A stretch of DNA of 64,000 nt from Escherichia phage LinBro. Of this stretch, positions 56,159-64,000 are shown one piece after another. The position numbers and the translations under genes were made by a program. A model generated the notes under the pieces. The model saw only the letters and a program-made list of their open reading frames with translations, was not told where the DNA came from and made no database searches. Within the stretch, counting starts at the first letter, position 1, and each line of letters begins with the position of its first letter. Where the stretch lies: the sequence record OR896830.1; one strand, given 5' to 3'.

Positions 56159-58525
56159 ATGCGCATGGTAAATGACCACGCAGAAGTGATTAAGAGTTCA
56201 ACTTCTTTGGAGACATCTCAAGCACAGATTACAATGACACCTGAAATGTTCAGCCTTCTGAGTTCTGGTGTATACACATTCAAAGAAAGGGCAGTGATTC
56301 GTGAACTGTCATGTAATGCAGTAGATGCTCAGAAAGAAGCTGGAAAAGAGAACATCCCATTCCATGTGCATTTACCTACTCGATTTGAGCCTTACTTTGA
56401 AGTCCGTGACTTTGGAACTGGTTTAACCCATGACAAAGTAATGAGTTTGTACCTGAACTATGGGGCTTCTACGAAGAATGACTCTAATGATTACATTGGT
56501 GCAATGGGTATCGGCTCAAAATCACCATTTGCAATTGCTCAGTCATTCACAGTGTCTAGCTATGTTGATGGTGTTGTTAATAAGTACTCTGTTTACCTTG
56601 AGAATGGTATACCTCAAGTAACTAAGCTTACTACTAACCCAACAAATGAACCCAATGGTTTAGCTGTACGTGTGGCAGTTGCTGACCACCGTATTTCAAA
56701 GTTCTTTGAAGAGGCTGGTCATGTATACTCATACTTTGCTGTAAAACCAGAAAGTAACATTGTATATGATGATGTGTTAGCAGATATGAACGTCATTGCT
56801 CGTGAAGAAGGTGTTTATGATGCCATGATTCATAAGCAAAGCTGGCGTTCTAGTGGTAACAGGACGGAGTTTAATGTGGTGATGGGTAATATTGCCTATC
56901 CAGTGAACATGGAAGCATTACTTGGTGATGATTTCTTCAAAGTCTTGCCAGAGTTTTTCCGTAGGAGCGTAGACCTTGTAAACATTTACATGCCTATTGG
57001 TTCAGTCGCTATTGCAGCTTCTCGTGAAGCATTGCAGATGAATGATACGACAAAAAATGTTATCATTGAGGCTACTAAAAAGATAACTGAAGCAATTACA
57101 AAGGATGTTATCAAGAAAGTTAATAGCCAACCTACACTCATGGATGCTGCACAGGCTTATGCTGAGTTACGTTTGAACTCACGAGAGATGTTTAATGCTG
57201 TGTGTCCAAAGTTAGAGTGGGGAGGCGTTAAGCTTGATTCTTTGGAAGAAGAATTACTAAACATTCGTCGTGGGATTATCTACGCAGAAGACGGCTCAGT
57301 CATTTATGAACGTGACGGCAAAGGTAATATTAAGGTTGACAGTAAAGGAAACAACATTCCTAAAGTGGACTACCTATACAATCCAGTTGCTTATGTTAAG
57401 TTCAACTCTTTAGAGAGTAAGATTCGTGCAACAGCACTTTCCTACACTCAAGAGGCGAGCATGTTCAATATCTTTGGTGCAATGCGTAAAAGCCAAATTG
57501 AACAGTTTTTGTTCGTGATTAATGACCGTCGCAATAAAAACGGTACTGAAAAGACTGTAGGCCGCAATCAGATTCTGCGTGGTGCATGTCGAGACTACGC
57601 CAGTGAGTCAAGTCTGTTTCACAGATATAATGGTATTGTGTTTGTATTCTCGACTGAAAAAGAGTTAGACGACCTAATCAATCTACACAAACTTGATAAA
57701 AGCTTGTTAAAGATTGTGAAAATGTCTGATAAGGAGCACCATTACCAGCGCAAAGAAGCTGTAAGGGGTGTTGTAAAACTCTGGAAAGCTGTTCCAGCAG
57801 AAGGTGTAGCTTCCTATAAAGAGGTTTCAGAGGACTTTGATACAATTGAAGAACCTCAGCTTTACATTAAGGCAGTTGGTGACACAGTTGATGGCGAATG
57901 TTTTTGCTCATCTCCAGAAGATGTAGCTAAGTCAGTCGCTAATGTTCTAGGGAAGACAGTCTATGTTTTCCGAAAAGCAAATTGGAAAAAGATACCAGAA
58001 GACTGGATTGAAGTAGATGAGAAGCTCTTGAACGACAGCTTAACTGATGTTCACTGGATTAATCATAACAGGTATATGACACGTATCTATATGAATGGTG
58101 TTCTTGACCTTACAAGCAGTTGGATTATCACCAGAAACTTTACATTCAATAACAGGAAGATTTCTCGTGGTTATTGCTATTCACGAGATACTAACAAAAC
58201 TATCTTCCTAGAAGGCAATGAAGATGCTGTAGAGGCAATGTTCGGTAAAATCCAATACGTTGCTGCACCATTTGCATACACTTATACTGTTAGTGTATTG
58301 AAAACTTTGAAAGACTGTCTTGACAATGATACAAAGCTTTACAAGAAAATTAAGAAAGCTGGTGACCGCATGGTCATTAAGGTGACAAACTACCTTTCAA
58401 AAAGAAAACAAGAAAACTTCTTGCTTTCTCATTTAGATTGGAATAAAGTGTCGCCTATCGAAGTGAGTAAGTTCTTAGGCTTTGATGTGAAGTGTGTTCC
58501 AGAAGGGACTACAATTTACGATTAA
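56159..58525 (+). CDS. rIIA: rIIA-like protein with N-terminal GHKL (Bergerat-fold) ATPase domain
   Basis: ATPase motifs IRELSCNAVDA (N box), VRDFGTGL (G1), GAMGIGSKS (G2); 788 aa followed by rIIB-sized ORF. Confidence 0.6.
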   Translation: MRMVNDHAEVIKSSTSLETSQAQITMTPEMFSLLSSGVYTFKERAVIRELSCNAVDAQKEAGKENIPFHVHLPTRFEPYFEVRDFGTGLTHDKVMSLYLNYGASTKNDSNDYIGAMGIGSKSPFAIAQSFTVSSYVDGVVNKYSVYLENGIPQVTKLTTNPTNEPNGLAVRVAVADHRISKFFEEAGHVYSYFAVKPESNIVYDDVLADMNVIAREEGVYDAMIHKQSWRSSGNRTEFNVVMGNIAYPVNMEALLGDDFFKVLPEFFRRSVDLVNIYMPIGSVAIAASREALQMNDTTKNVIIEATKKITEAITKDVIKKVNSQPTLMDAAQAYAELRLNSREMFNAVCPKLEWGGVKLDSLEEELLNIRRGIIYAEDGSVIYERDGKGNIKVDSKGNNIPKVDYLYNPVAYVKFNSLESKIRATALSYTQEASMFNIFGAMRKSQIEQFLFVINDRRNKNGTEKTVGRNQILRGACRDYASESSLFHRYNGIVFVFSTEKELDDLINLHKLDKSLLKIVKMSDKEHHYQRKEAVRGVVKLWKAVPAEGVASYKEVSEDFDTIEEPQLYIKAVGDTVDGECFCSSPEDVAKSVANVLGKTVYVFRKANWKKIPEDWIEVDEKLLNDSLTDVHWINHNRYMTRIYMNGVLDLTSSWIITRNFTFNNRKISRGYCYSRDTNKTIFLEGNEDAVEAMFGKIQYVAAPFAYTYTVSVLKTLKDCLDNDTKLYKKIKKAGDRMVIKVTNYLSKRKQENFLLSHLDWNKVSPIEVSKFLGFDVKCVPEGTTIYD

Positions 58526-58530
58526 AGTGT

Positions 58531-58560
58531 TTGACAAGGGGCTTTGAAGCCCCTTAGAAT
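58531..58560 (+). promoter_or_regulatory. sigma70-type promoter (TTGACA-N17/18-TAGAAT) with hairpin in spacer
   Basis: Read directly; spacer contains GGGGCT-ttga-AGCCCC hairpin; between rIIA and rIIB. Confidence 0.5.
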
Positions 58561-58604
58561 AGCATCACAAAATGATTTATTAACTAACAAGAGAGAGTAA
58601 TAAG

Positions 58605-59714
58605 ATGACTACTAAAACTAAAGCACAGATTGACGCAGAAATTTACAAACTGGTTAAAGAAGGTAAGCTGACTAAAACAGCTATTGCACAGAAATTTAAT
58701 ACTTCAACCCGTTCAGTTGGTCGTGCTGTAGAGCGTCATGAAGCAACTTTAAAAGGGGATAAGAAGGCAACTTCTACACCAGCTACGAAGACTTTGAAGC
58801 AAGTTGCTAAGACATTTAAAAAGAAAGCTGACAAACCAGTTGAAAAGGTCGTTAAAGATGCTGTACAGAAAGCTCCGGTAAATAAACTGCATGAAGCTAT
58901 GCAGAAAGATGACAAGATTGAGTACATGATTACTGGTGACTCTGTAATTATGACTTATGGTTCAGAATCTGAAATTGTTGAGTCTACTCATCCGAACTAT
59001 CAAGAGATTGTAGTTCATGTTGTGAAAGGTGAGTTCAAAAAAGCCTTTGAATTGATGAACATTCGTAAGTCTATCGAAAACTTCACTCAGGGCGCTATCA
59101 CAATCAAAGGTGACAAGTTATTCTACGGTGCTGTTGAGATGCGTTCTACTCTGGTTGACCGTATTCTTCACATGATGAAGACTGGAGATAAAGGTTTCGA
59201 ACGCCTTGTGATGTTCTTCGAAAAACTGATGGAAAACCCATCTAAAGACTCTGTAGAACAACTTTGGGGCTTCGTATCTCACCTTGATGTTGAAATTGAT
59301 GAAGAAGGCTACATCATTGGTTGGAAGAAAGTATCTACTCGTGAAGGCAAGCTGGTTGACTCCCACACCTACAGAGTACCTAATGATTTGGGTAACATTG
59401 TAGAAATGCCACGTTGGATGGTTGATAATAACCGTAACGTGACTTGCTCTCAAGGTCTTCATGTTGGTGCTTGGGATTATGTTCGTTGCTTCTCAGGTGA
59501 TACAATTCTGAAGGTTCGTGTCCATCCACGAGACGTTGTATCCGTACCAACTGATTACAACGATATGAAGATGCGCTCGTCTCGTTATGAAGTTGCAGCA
59601 ATCGTTGATAATCAACGTAAAGTACTGAAAGCATGGGATGGCAAGACTGAAGCTTTGCATGTCATCGTTGGCACTGCTGGGGAACTTATCTCTCAGCGTA
59701 AACGTGAAATCTAA
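58605..59714 (+). CDS. rIIB: rIIB-like protein
   Basis: 369 aa ORF immediately downstream of the rIIA-like gene (conserved pairing); no independent motif. Confidence 0.45.
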   Translation: MTTKTKAQIDAEIYKLVKEGKLTKTAIAQKFNTSTRSVGRAVERHEATLKGDKKATSTPATKTLKQVAKTFKKKADKPVEKVVKDAVQKAPVNKLHEAMQKDDKIEYMITGDSVIMTYGSESEIVESTHPNYQEIVVHVVKGEFKKAFELMNIRKSIENFTQGAITIKGDKLFYGAVEMRSTLVDRILHMMKTGDKGFERLVMFFEKLMENPSKDSVEQLWGFVSHLDVEIDEEGYIIGWKKVSTREGKLVDSHTYRVPNDLGNIVEMPRWMVDNNRNVTCSQGLHVGAWDYVRCFSGDTILKVRVHPRDVVSVPTDYNDMKMRSSRYEVAAIVDNQRKVLKAWDGKTEALHVIVGTAGELISQRKREI

Positions 59715-59730
59715 TAAGTAATTTCTTAAA

Positions 59731-59753
59731 AGGCTGCTTCGGCGGCCTTTTTT
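59731..59753 (+). terminator. rho-independent terminator
   Basis: AGGCTGC-ttcg-GCGGCCT hairpin (one G-U pair) followed by TTTTTT. Confidence 0.6.
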
Positions 59754-59754
59754 A

Positions 59755-59783
59755 TTTGTATTTTGTGCAGAGTGCTGTATAAT
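59755..59783 (+). promoter_or_regulatory. putative promoter (TTTGTA-N17-TATAAT)
   Basis: Consensus -10 TATAAT at 59778-59783 with weak -35; upstream of secreted transglycosylase gene. Confidence 0.35.
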
Positions 59784-59814
59784 TGTTTTCACGATAAACT
59801 AAACAGGAGAACCA

Positions 59815-60363
59815 ATGAAGAAATTGATTCTAGGTTTGTGCTTAATGTTTACAGCACACTTATCTTATGCAGTTGACTGCCCAGAGCTATCAATTAGCCA
59901 AAAAGTAAACATGTTAAAAGCTTACCAGTATGGTGAGAATAACATGGGTAAAGGTTGGGGTATCACTCTAGCTGCTATAGCCTTACAAGAGTCAGAGTTA
60001 GGTCTGAAGGTAGAGAATAAAAAGACCCATGACTATGGTATCTTCCAGAATCACTTGAAGACTGTTGTAAAGCGTAACAAAATTAGTCCTAATGTGGCTA
60101 AAAAGAAACTCTTAAAAGACTTTGACTATGCTGCGAAGGAAACTCACAAAGAGCTTGAGTTTTGGACAAAGGTGCATGGTCAGCCAAAGTCAAAGAAGAC
60201 TTTACAAAAAGTTTTAGCATCATATAATGCTGGGTATTCGTACAGAATCCCTAAAGCTAAGAAATATTCTCAAGATGTCTATAACAACATGAAAGTTATT
60301 GCTCAATGTGAATTTGCAACAAACATTTCTAAGGTAAACCATGAAAAAATTAAAAAAGTCTGA
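59815..60363 (+). CDS. secreted lytic transglycosylase (SLT domain) with signal peptide
   Basis: Signal peptide MKKLILGLCLMFTAHLSYA; SLT motifs ALQESELG (catalytic E-S), GIFQ, SYNAGYS. Confidence 0.55.
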   Translation: MKKLILGLCLMFTAHLSYAVDCPELSISQKVNMLKAYQYGENNMGKGWGITLAAIALQESELGLKVENKKTHDYGIFQNHLKTVVKRNKISPNVAKKKLLKDFDYAAKETHKELEFWTKVHGQPKSKKTLQKVLASYNAGYSYRIPKAKKYSQDVYNNMKVIAQCEFATNISKVNHEKIKKV

Positions 60364-61036
60364 TGAAGTACTGTGTCATGCTTACGACTTACATCCTCAT
60401 GAGTTAGGTCTTGATTCCTGTGTATGGACTCCAGAACAGTGTAGGGATTTTGAAGACACTGCAAGAGAAGTTGTATGTTCACTCGAAGAGTTCCACACAT
60501 CAGAACCAATTGTGAATGTTGTAGATAAAGAGACTGGACAAACTATAGGTGTAAGTCGTGATAGCTTAGTCATAGTCAATAAAGACCTTGTAGAAAAAGG
60601 GAATCTCATCTTAGCAGATATTGATGGTGTTCTTACAAATTTTAATCACGAAGATTGTTCAACGGAATTGACTGACGGTTCATTCTCGCAGTACACTAAT
60701 CTTCTTGACTCTGTAAGAGCAAAACCAACGTATGTTTTCAATATCATTGATGCAATTGCTAATCATGCTGCTGTTGGACTCTTGACAGCGAGAGGTGAAT
60801 CTCAGAGAATACCTACTGAGATGTTTTTAAGGCATAACACAGAGCATGACTACATGCTTTTTATGCGTGGTTTTGGGACTAACTCTATAAGCGCAGAAAG
60901 TTTGAAAGTGAGGATGATTCAGTCTTGCATTCTGCCTTACTTTAATATAGTATGTTTTATAGAAGACACAGAGAAGAATGTGCAGAAGGTGAACAGAATC
61001 CTTCCACACATTAAAACCATGTTAGTTAAACATTGA
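60341..61036 (+). CDS. HAD-like hydrolase (candidate phosphatase/nucleotidase)
   Basis: LILADIDGVLTN resembles HAD motif I (DxDG); GLLTARGES motif II-like. Confidence 0.35.
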   Translation: MKKLKKSDEVLCHAYDLHPHELGLDSCVWTPEQCRDFEDTAREVVCSLEEFHTSEPIVNVVDKETGQTIGVSRDSLVIVNKDLVEKGNLILADIDGVLTNFNHEDCSTELTDGSFSQYTNLLDSVRAKPTYVFNIIDAIANHAAVGLLTARGESQRIPTEMFLRHNTEHDYMLFMRGFGTNSISAESLKVRMIQSCILPYFNIVCFIEDTEKNVQKVNRILPHIKTMLVKH

Positions 61037-61046
61037 GAGAAAACTT

Positions 61047-61511
61047 ATGAACAATATCATTACGGTAGCACTGGACGATACGGTAAACAAATCTGCAATA
61101 GTTCGTAAAATGATTCAAGGTAACTTTGAAGGTAAAATTTTTCGTGCTGTTAATGTAAAAGCTGATGGCAGCATTCGTGAATATCGTGCATTATTGAATG
61201 TTAAAAAACACGTAAAAGGTGCTGGTTCAACGACTGCACACAAAGAAAACCTGATGACTATCTATGATATGGGTAAGGCTTCAGAGTTAGGTGCTGAAGG
61301 TATCGTTAAAGAAGGTGCTCCGTATCGCTCTTTCAATCTGGAAACTACTCTTATGCTTTCCTTTACAAGTGGTTCTAAAACAATCACTTACCTCTTTACT
61401 GATGCTGCAACGGTATCTGCTATTAAGGATAGCACTGTCAAAGCTGGCGTAGTTGCTGCTGCAAAAGCTTCTTCGATGGCTGCGAATATCCTTGCTAAAG
61501 TCCTCGGTTAA
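61047..61511 (+). CDS. hypothetical protein
   Basis: 154 aa ORF followed by terminator. Confidence 0.35.
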   Translation: MNNIITVALDDTVNKSAIVRKMIQGNFEGKIFRAVNVKADGSIREYRALLNVKKHVKGAGSTTAHKENLMTIYDMGKASELGAEGIVKEGAPYRSFNLETTLMLSFTSGSKTITYLFTDAATVSAIKDSTVKAGVVAAAKASSMAANILAKVLG

Positions 61512-61523
61512 GGTTAAGATACA

Positions 61524-61544
61524 GGCTCCTTCGGGAGCCTTTTT
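61524..61544 (+). terminator. rho-independent terminator
   Basis: GGCTCC-ttcg-GGAGCC hairpin followed by TTTTT. Confidence 0.65.
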
Positions 61545-61563
61545 CATTTTAGGAGATTGTTAA

Positions 61564-61911
61564 ATGACATTTAAAGAGTTCTGTCAAGCTACTTTCATAA
61601 TTGTTTTCTTAGTTGGGGCAGGTGTCTGGGGAGGATACTCTTACAGAGACTACCAAGTTGCTGAAACTGAGCTAAACAATCAAAAGCTCATAAGTGTTGC
61701 TAAAGATGCTTATCAGGAAGGATTAGTCACACTGAGCACCAATTACAAAAATGATTTGAAAGACGTGCTTGCTAAGAATAAGCACACAAAAGAGGTACTA
61801 ACATATGAAAAGACTAAGCCAGAGTTTTATAATGTTTGTGTTACTGATAATTATGTCAGGGTGTTCAACGAACAAAGTGAGCAGTACATTCAAAAACTCC
61901 CAAGTAAGTGA
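61564..61911 (+). CDS. i-spanin-like protein (N-terminal TM, periplasmic domain)
   Basis: 115 aa; TM helix FIIVFLVGAGVWGG then charged coiled-coil-like region; overlapped by lipoprotein ORF in +1 frame. Confidence 0.35.
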   Translation: MTFKEFCQATFIIVFLVGAGVWGGYSYRDYQVAETELNNQKLISVAKDAYQEGLVTLSTNYKNDLKDVLAKNKHTKEVLTYEKTKPEFYNVCVTDNYVRVFNEQSEQYIQKLPSK

Positions 61912-62074
61912 GAGTGATAAGTACACCCAAGAAGAATCACGGTATATCATCAAAGGCAACACAGGCAGCGATGTAGCAGCAGCCCTTGAGTTCTATCGTG
62001 ACGGCTTTTACCAGTGCACAATCAAAGCTAACAACCTTATTGACATGATTTTATTAGGGAATAAGCAGCAATGA
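61805..62074 (+). CDS. o-spanin-like lipoprotein overlapping upstream gene
   Basis: 89 aa; signal peptide with lipobox-like IIMSGC; starts inside the 3' end of the i-spanin-like ORF in a different frame. Confidence 0.35.
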   Translation: MKRLSQSFIMFVLLIIMSGCSTNKVSSTFKNSQVSESDKYTQEESRYIIKGNTGSDVAAALEFYRDGFYQCTIKANNLIDMILLGNKQQ

Positions 62075-62340
62075 CAGAGAATCAAGATACTTTTTACGTA
62101 GAAGGGTACTTACTGTTACCACGACCAAAAGAGACTTATATGCGAATTGATTTCTCACCAACCATTATGGATAATGTGATGTGCCATATCTTTATGCAAG
62201 GTGTCACAGCACAGCTTAAACATGTTGGTAAAGAGTGCAAAATAAAGGTTGACACTCATCCAGAAATCAAAGAGAATCACTACACATGGTTCTTACCAGA
62301 TTCTAAAGAAATCTTAGCAGTTCTTAAAACGAGGAAGTAA
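62071..62340 (+). CDS. hypothetical protein
   Basis: 89 aa ORF, ATGA coupling. Confidence 0.3.
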   Translation: MTENQDTFYVEGYLLLPRPKETYMRIDFSPTIMDNVMCHIFMQGVTAQLKHVGKECKIKVDTHPEIKENHYTWFLPDSKEILAVLKTRK

Positions 62341-62342
62341 CT

Positions 62343-62669
62343 ATGCAGATTAATGGAAGAGACTTTGTAGCCGTTTACTATGAGAAAGGTAAAGAAGTTG
62401 GCGTAGCACAAGTATCTTATGGCAATGGTAAGTGGCTATATGGAACAATCGCAGTAGTTGGAACAAGAAGTGATACAAAAACTTTTAAAGACTGTGTTGA
62501 CCTTCTTGAAGAATCCATCCATAATCATTGGTGTCTGATATGGATGACTGACAACGAAGTGATAGAACGCTTCAAAAAGATTGGTATCAACATTGATAGT
62601 ATTGAGCATGTTGATTTATATGAACTAACTGAGAAGGTAAACTATGAAAGTAATACTAGCCAGAGATAA
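62343..62669 (+). CDS. hypothetical protein
   Basis: 108 aa ORF. Confidence 0.3.
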   Translation: MQINGRDFVAVYYEKGKEVGVAQVSYGNGKWLYGTIAVVGTRSDTKTFKDCVDLLEESIHNHWCLIWMTDNEVIERFKKIGINIDSIEHVDLYELTEKVNYESNTSQR

Positions 62670-62871
62670 AAAGACACGGAAAATTATCCGGTCAGCAGTA
62701 TTTATTGGAAGAAATGAAGTGATTCCTTTTACAGCAAATGATGTGATAGTCTACAGGAAAAAATTAGCATTCAGTTATTGCTTACGTGGCTTTATCTCCC
62801 AGCCATTAGAAGATTTTAAAAATCGTTGTGGTAAAGGCATCATCATTCAAGAGGCAATTATTCATGGCTGA
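62644..62871 (+). CDS. hypothetical protein
   Basis: 75 aa ORF. Confidence 0.25.
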   Translation: MKVILARDKKTRKIIRSAVFIGRNEVIPFTANDVIVYRKKLAFSYCLRGFISQPLEDFKNRCGKGIIIQEAIIHG

Positions 62872-63064
62872 CTTCTGCAAAGACTGTGCTATCGAGATGT
62901 TTGGGCGTGATACAGGTGATTTAAAAGGTCTTATCACTGAAGATGACTTTAAAGCTGGCTACGCAATGCCAGTAATCTGTGAAGGTTGTGGGTGCATCTG
63001 GGTAGACCACGAAGGACAGCGTGTAAAACCTTCAGAAGATAAAGAGTCTTGGGAGAGATGTTAA
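62828..63064 (+). CDS. small cysteine-rich (zinc-binding) protein
   Basis: CKDC...CEGCGC; true start probably internal Met (MADFCKDC). Confidence 0.3.
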   Translation: MVKASSFKRQLFMADFCKDCAIEMFGRDTGDLKGLITEDDFKAGYAMPVICEGCGCIWVDHEGQRVKPSEDKESWERC

Positions 63065-63850
63065 ATGGGTATTGTAAAAATAATCAATGGTGATATCTTT
63101 GCCGCATTTGATAAAGGTAAGTTTGACATCATCGGTCACGGTTGCAACTGTATGAATTTAATGGGTGCAGGTATCGCTGACAAGATTTCTAAACTTTACC
63201 CAAAAGCATATGAGACCGATACAGAAGTTTATCTATATGCAGGTGGTATAGGACACAAGCCCTGTGAAAATTTACTAGGCAATTTCTCTGTAGCACGTTT
63301 AGAACAAGGCCGTATAGCTAACCTTTACACTCAGCTTAAGACTGGTAAAGATGCCCGATACAGTGCTTTAGAATCATCTTTGAAACAGCTTAACAGATAC
63401 TGTGAAGTTAACCAGTTGAAGAAAGTTGGTCTACCTATGATTGGTGCAGGTATCGGTGGGCTAGACCCTCAAGCCGTCACAGTTATCATTAATCAGGTGA
63501 TGAAGAGTGTAGATGTGTATCTGTATGTCTATGAAGGAGAGATGTACCACAAGTTACGCTCAGGTTGGAAGAACTACTGTGAACCAGAATACTTTGCAGG
63601 TGTAGTAACGTTCACAGACAATACAGTTACCCTCTTCAGACGAAGAAAAGGTAAGATACATCAAAGTAACCCTCCGGTTGAAAAGATGTCTCTGAGTAAC
63701 GCTCTAGTTACCCACCTGTCGAAGAGCAATCACAGAATTGCAGTAACATTTGGCAGTGATGCAGATACTTATATCTATGCAAGGACTGATGAGGGTATTG
63801 AGTTAATCTTCTCTTCACCAGAGCTTACCTTCTTAGACGCAAAGAACTAA
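63065..63850 (+). CDS. macro-domain (ADP-ribose-binding/processing) protein with C-terminal extension
   Basis: IINGDIF...DIIGHGCNCMNLMGAGIADKI and PMIGAGIGGLDP match the two glycine-rich ADP-ribose-binding loops of macro domains; 261 aa. Confidence 0.55.
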   Translation: MGIVKIINGDIFAAFDKGKFDIIGHGCNCMNLMGAGIADKISKLYPKAYETDTEVYLYAGGIGHKPCENLLGNFSVARLEQGRIANLYTQLKTGKDARYSALESSLKQLNRYCEVNQLKKVGLPMIGAGIGGLDPQAVTVIINQVMKSVDVYLYVYEGEMYHKLRSGWKNYCEPEYFAGVVTFTDNTVTLFRRRKGKIHQSNPPVEKMSLSNALVTHLSKSNHRIAVTFGSDADTYIYARTDEGIELIFSSPELTFLDAKN

Positions 63851-64000
63851 GAAATTTCGTAGTATATTCACAATAGACTAAGCCTTTCTTATCTGGTAAA
63901 TTTTTCAGGTAAGGAGGGCTTTTTCATTTCAGATTTGTGCAGGTAGAGTTCTGTAGAGAAATCTGTAGAGAGAATTTTAAACTCCAAAGAGAAAATTCAT

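Noticed and set aside
63930-63975. Short direct repeat CTGTAGAGA x2 at the window end as a possible CRISPR or iteron
   Set aside because: Only two 9-bp copies with a 3-bp spacer; far too short and irregular for a CRISPR array. May be part of a promoter for the next gene beyond the window.

Overview
This window is a contiguous segment of a virulent tailed dsDNA phage genome, probably a contractile-tail myovirus, with about 39% GC and enterobacterial-style promoters, terminators and RBSs. All calls are from reading the sequence and ORF track; no database search was run. Layout: (i) 1-22.8 kb, + strand, morphogenesis module: terminase, portal, S49 protease/scaffold, major capsid, sheath, tube, frameshifted chaperone, tape measure, baseplate, and two tail fibres with His-rich tips. 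(ii) 22.9-23.5 kb, two small membrane proteins. (iii) 23.5-33.4 kb, - strand: thymidylate synthase, DHFR, small accessory genes, ATP-dependent DNA ligase, and a family-A DNA polymerase interrupted by a group I intron with an HNH ORF. (iv) 33.6-63.9 kb, + strand, early/replication/nucleotide block: dNMP kinase, primase-helicase, SSB-like, FEN-like exonuclease, nrdA/nrdB/nrdH, nrdD interrupted by a second group I intron with an HNH ORF, nrdG, a Prs-like plus NAMPT-like pair split by a free-standing HNH-AP2 endonuclease, rIIA/rIIB, a secreted lytic transglycosylase, a spanin-like overlapped pair and a macro-domain protein. The best candidates for something new are the Prs-like/NAMPT-like NAD+ module, the macro-domain protein, the two self-splicing introns, and the block of small uncharacterised genes on the minus strand. 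No CRISPR array, tRNA or rRNA was found.
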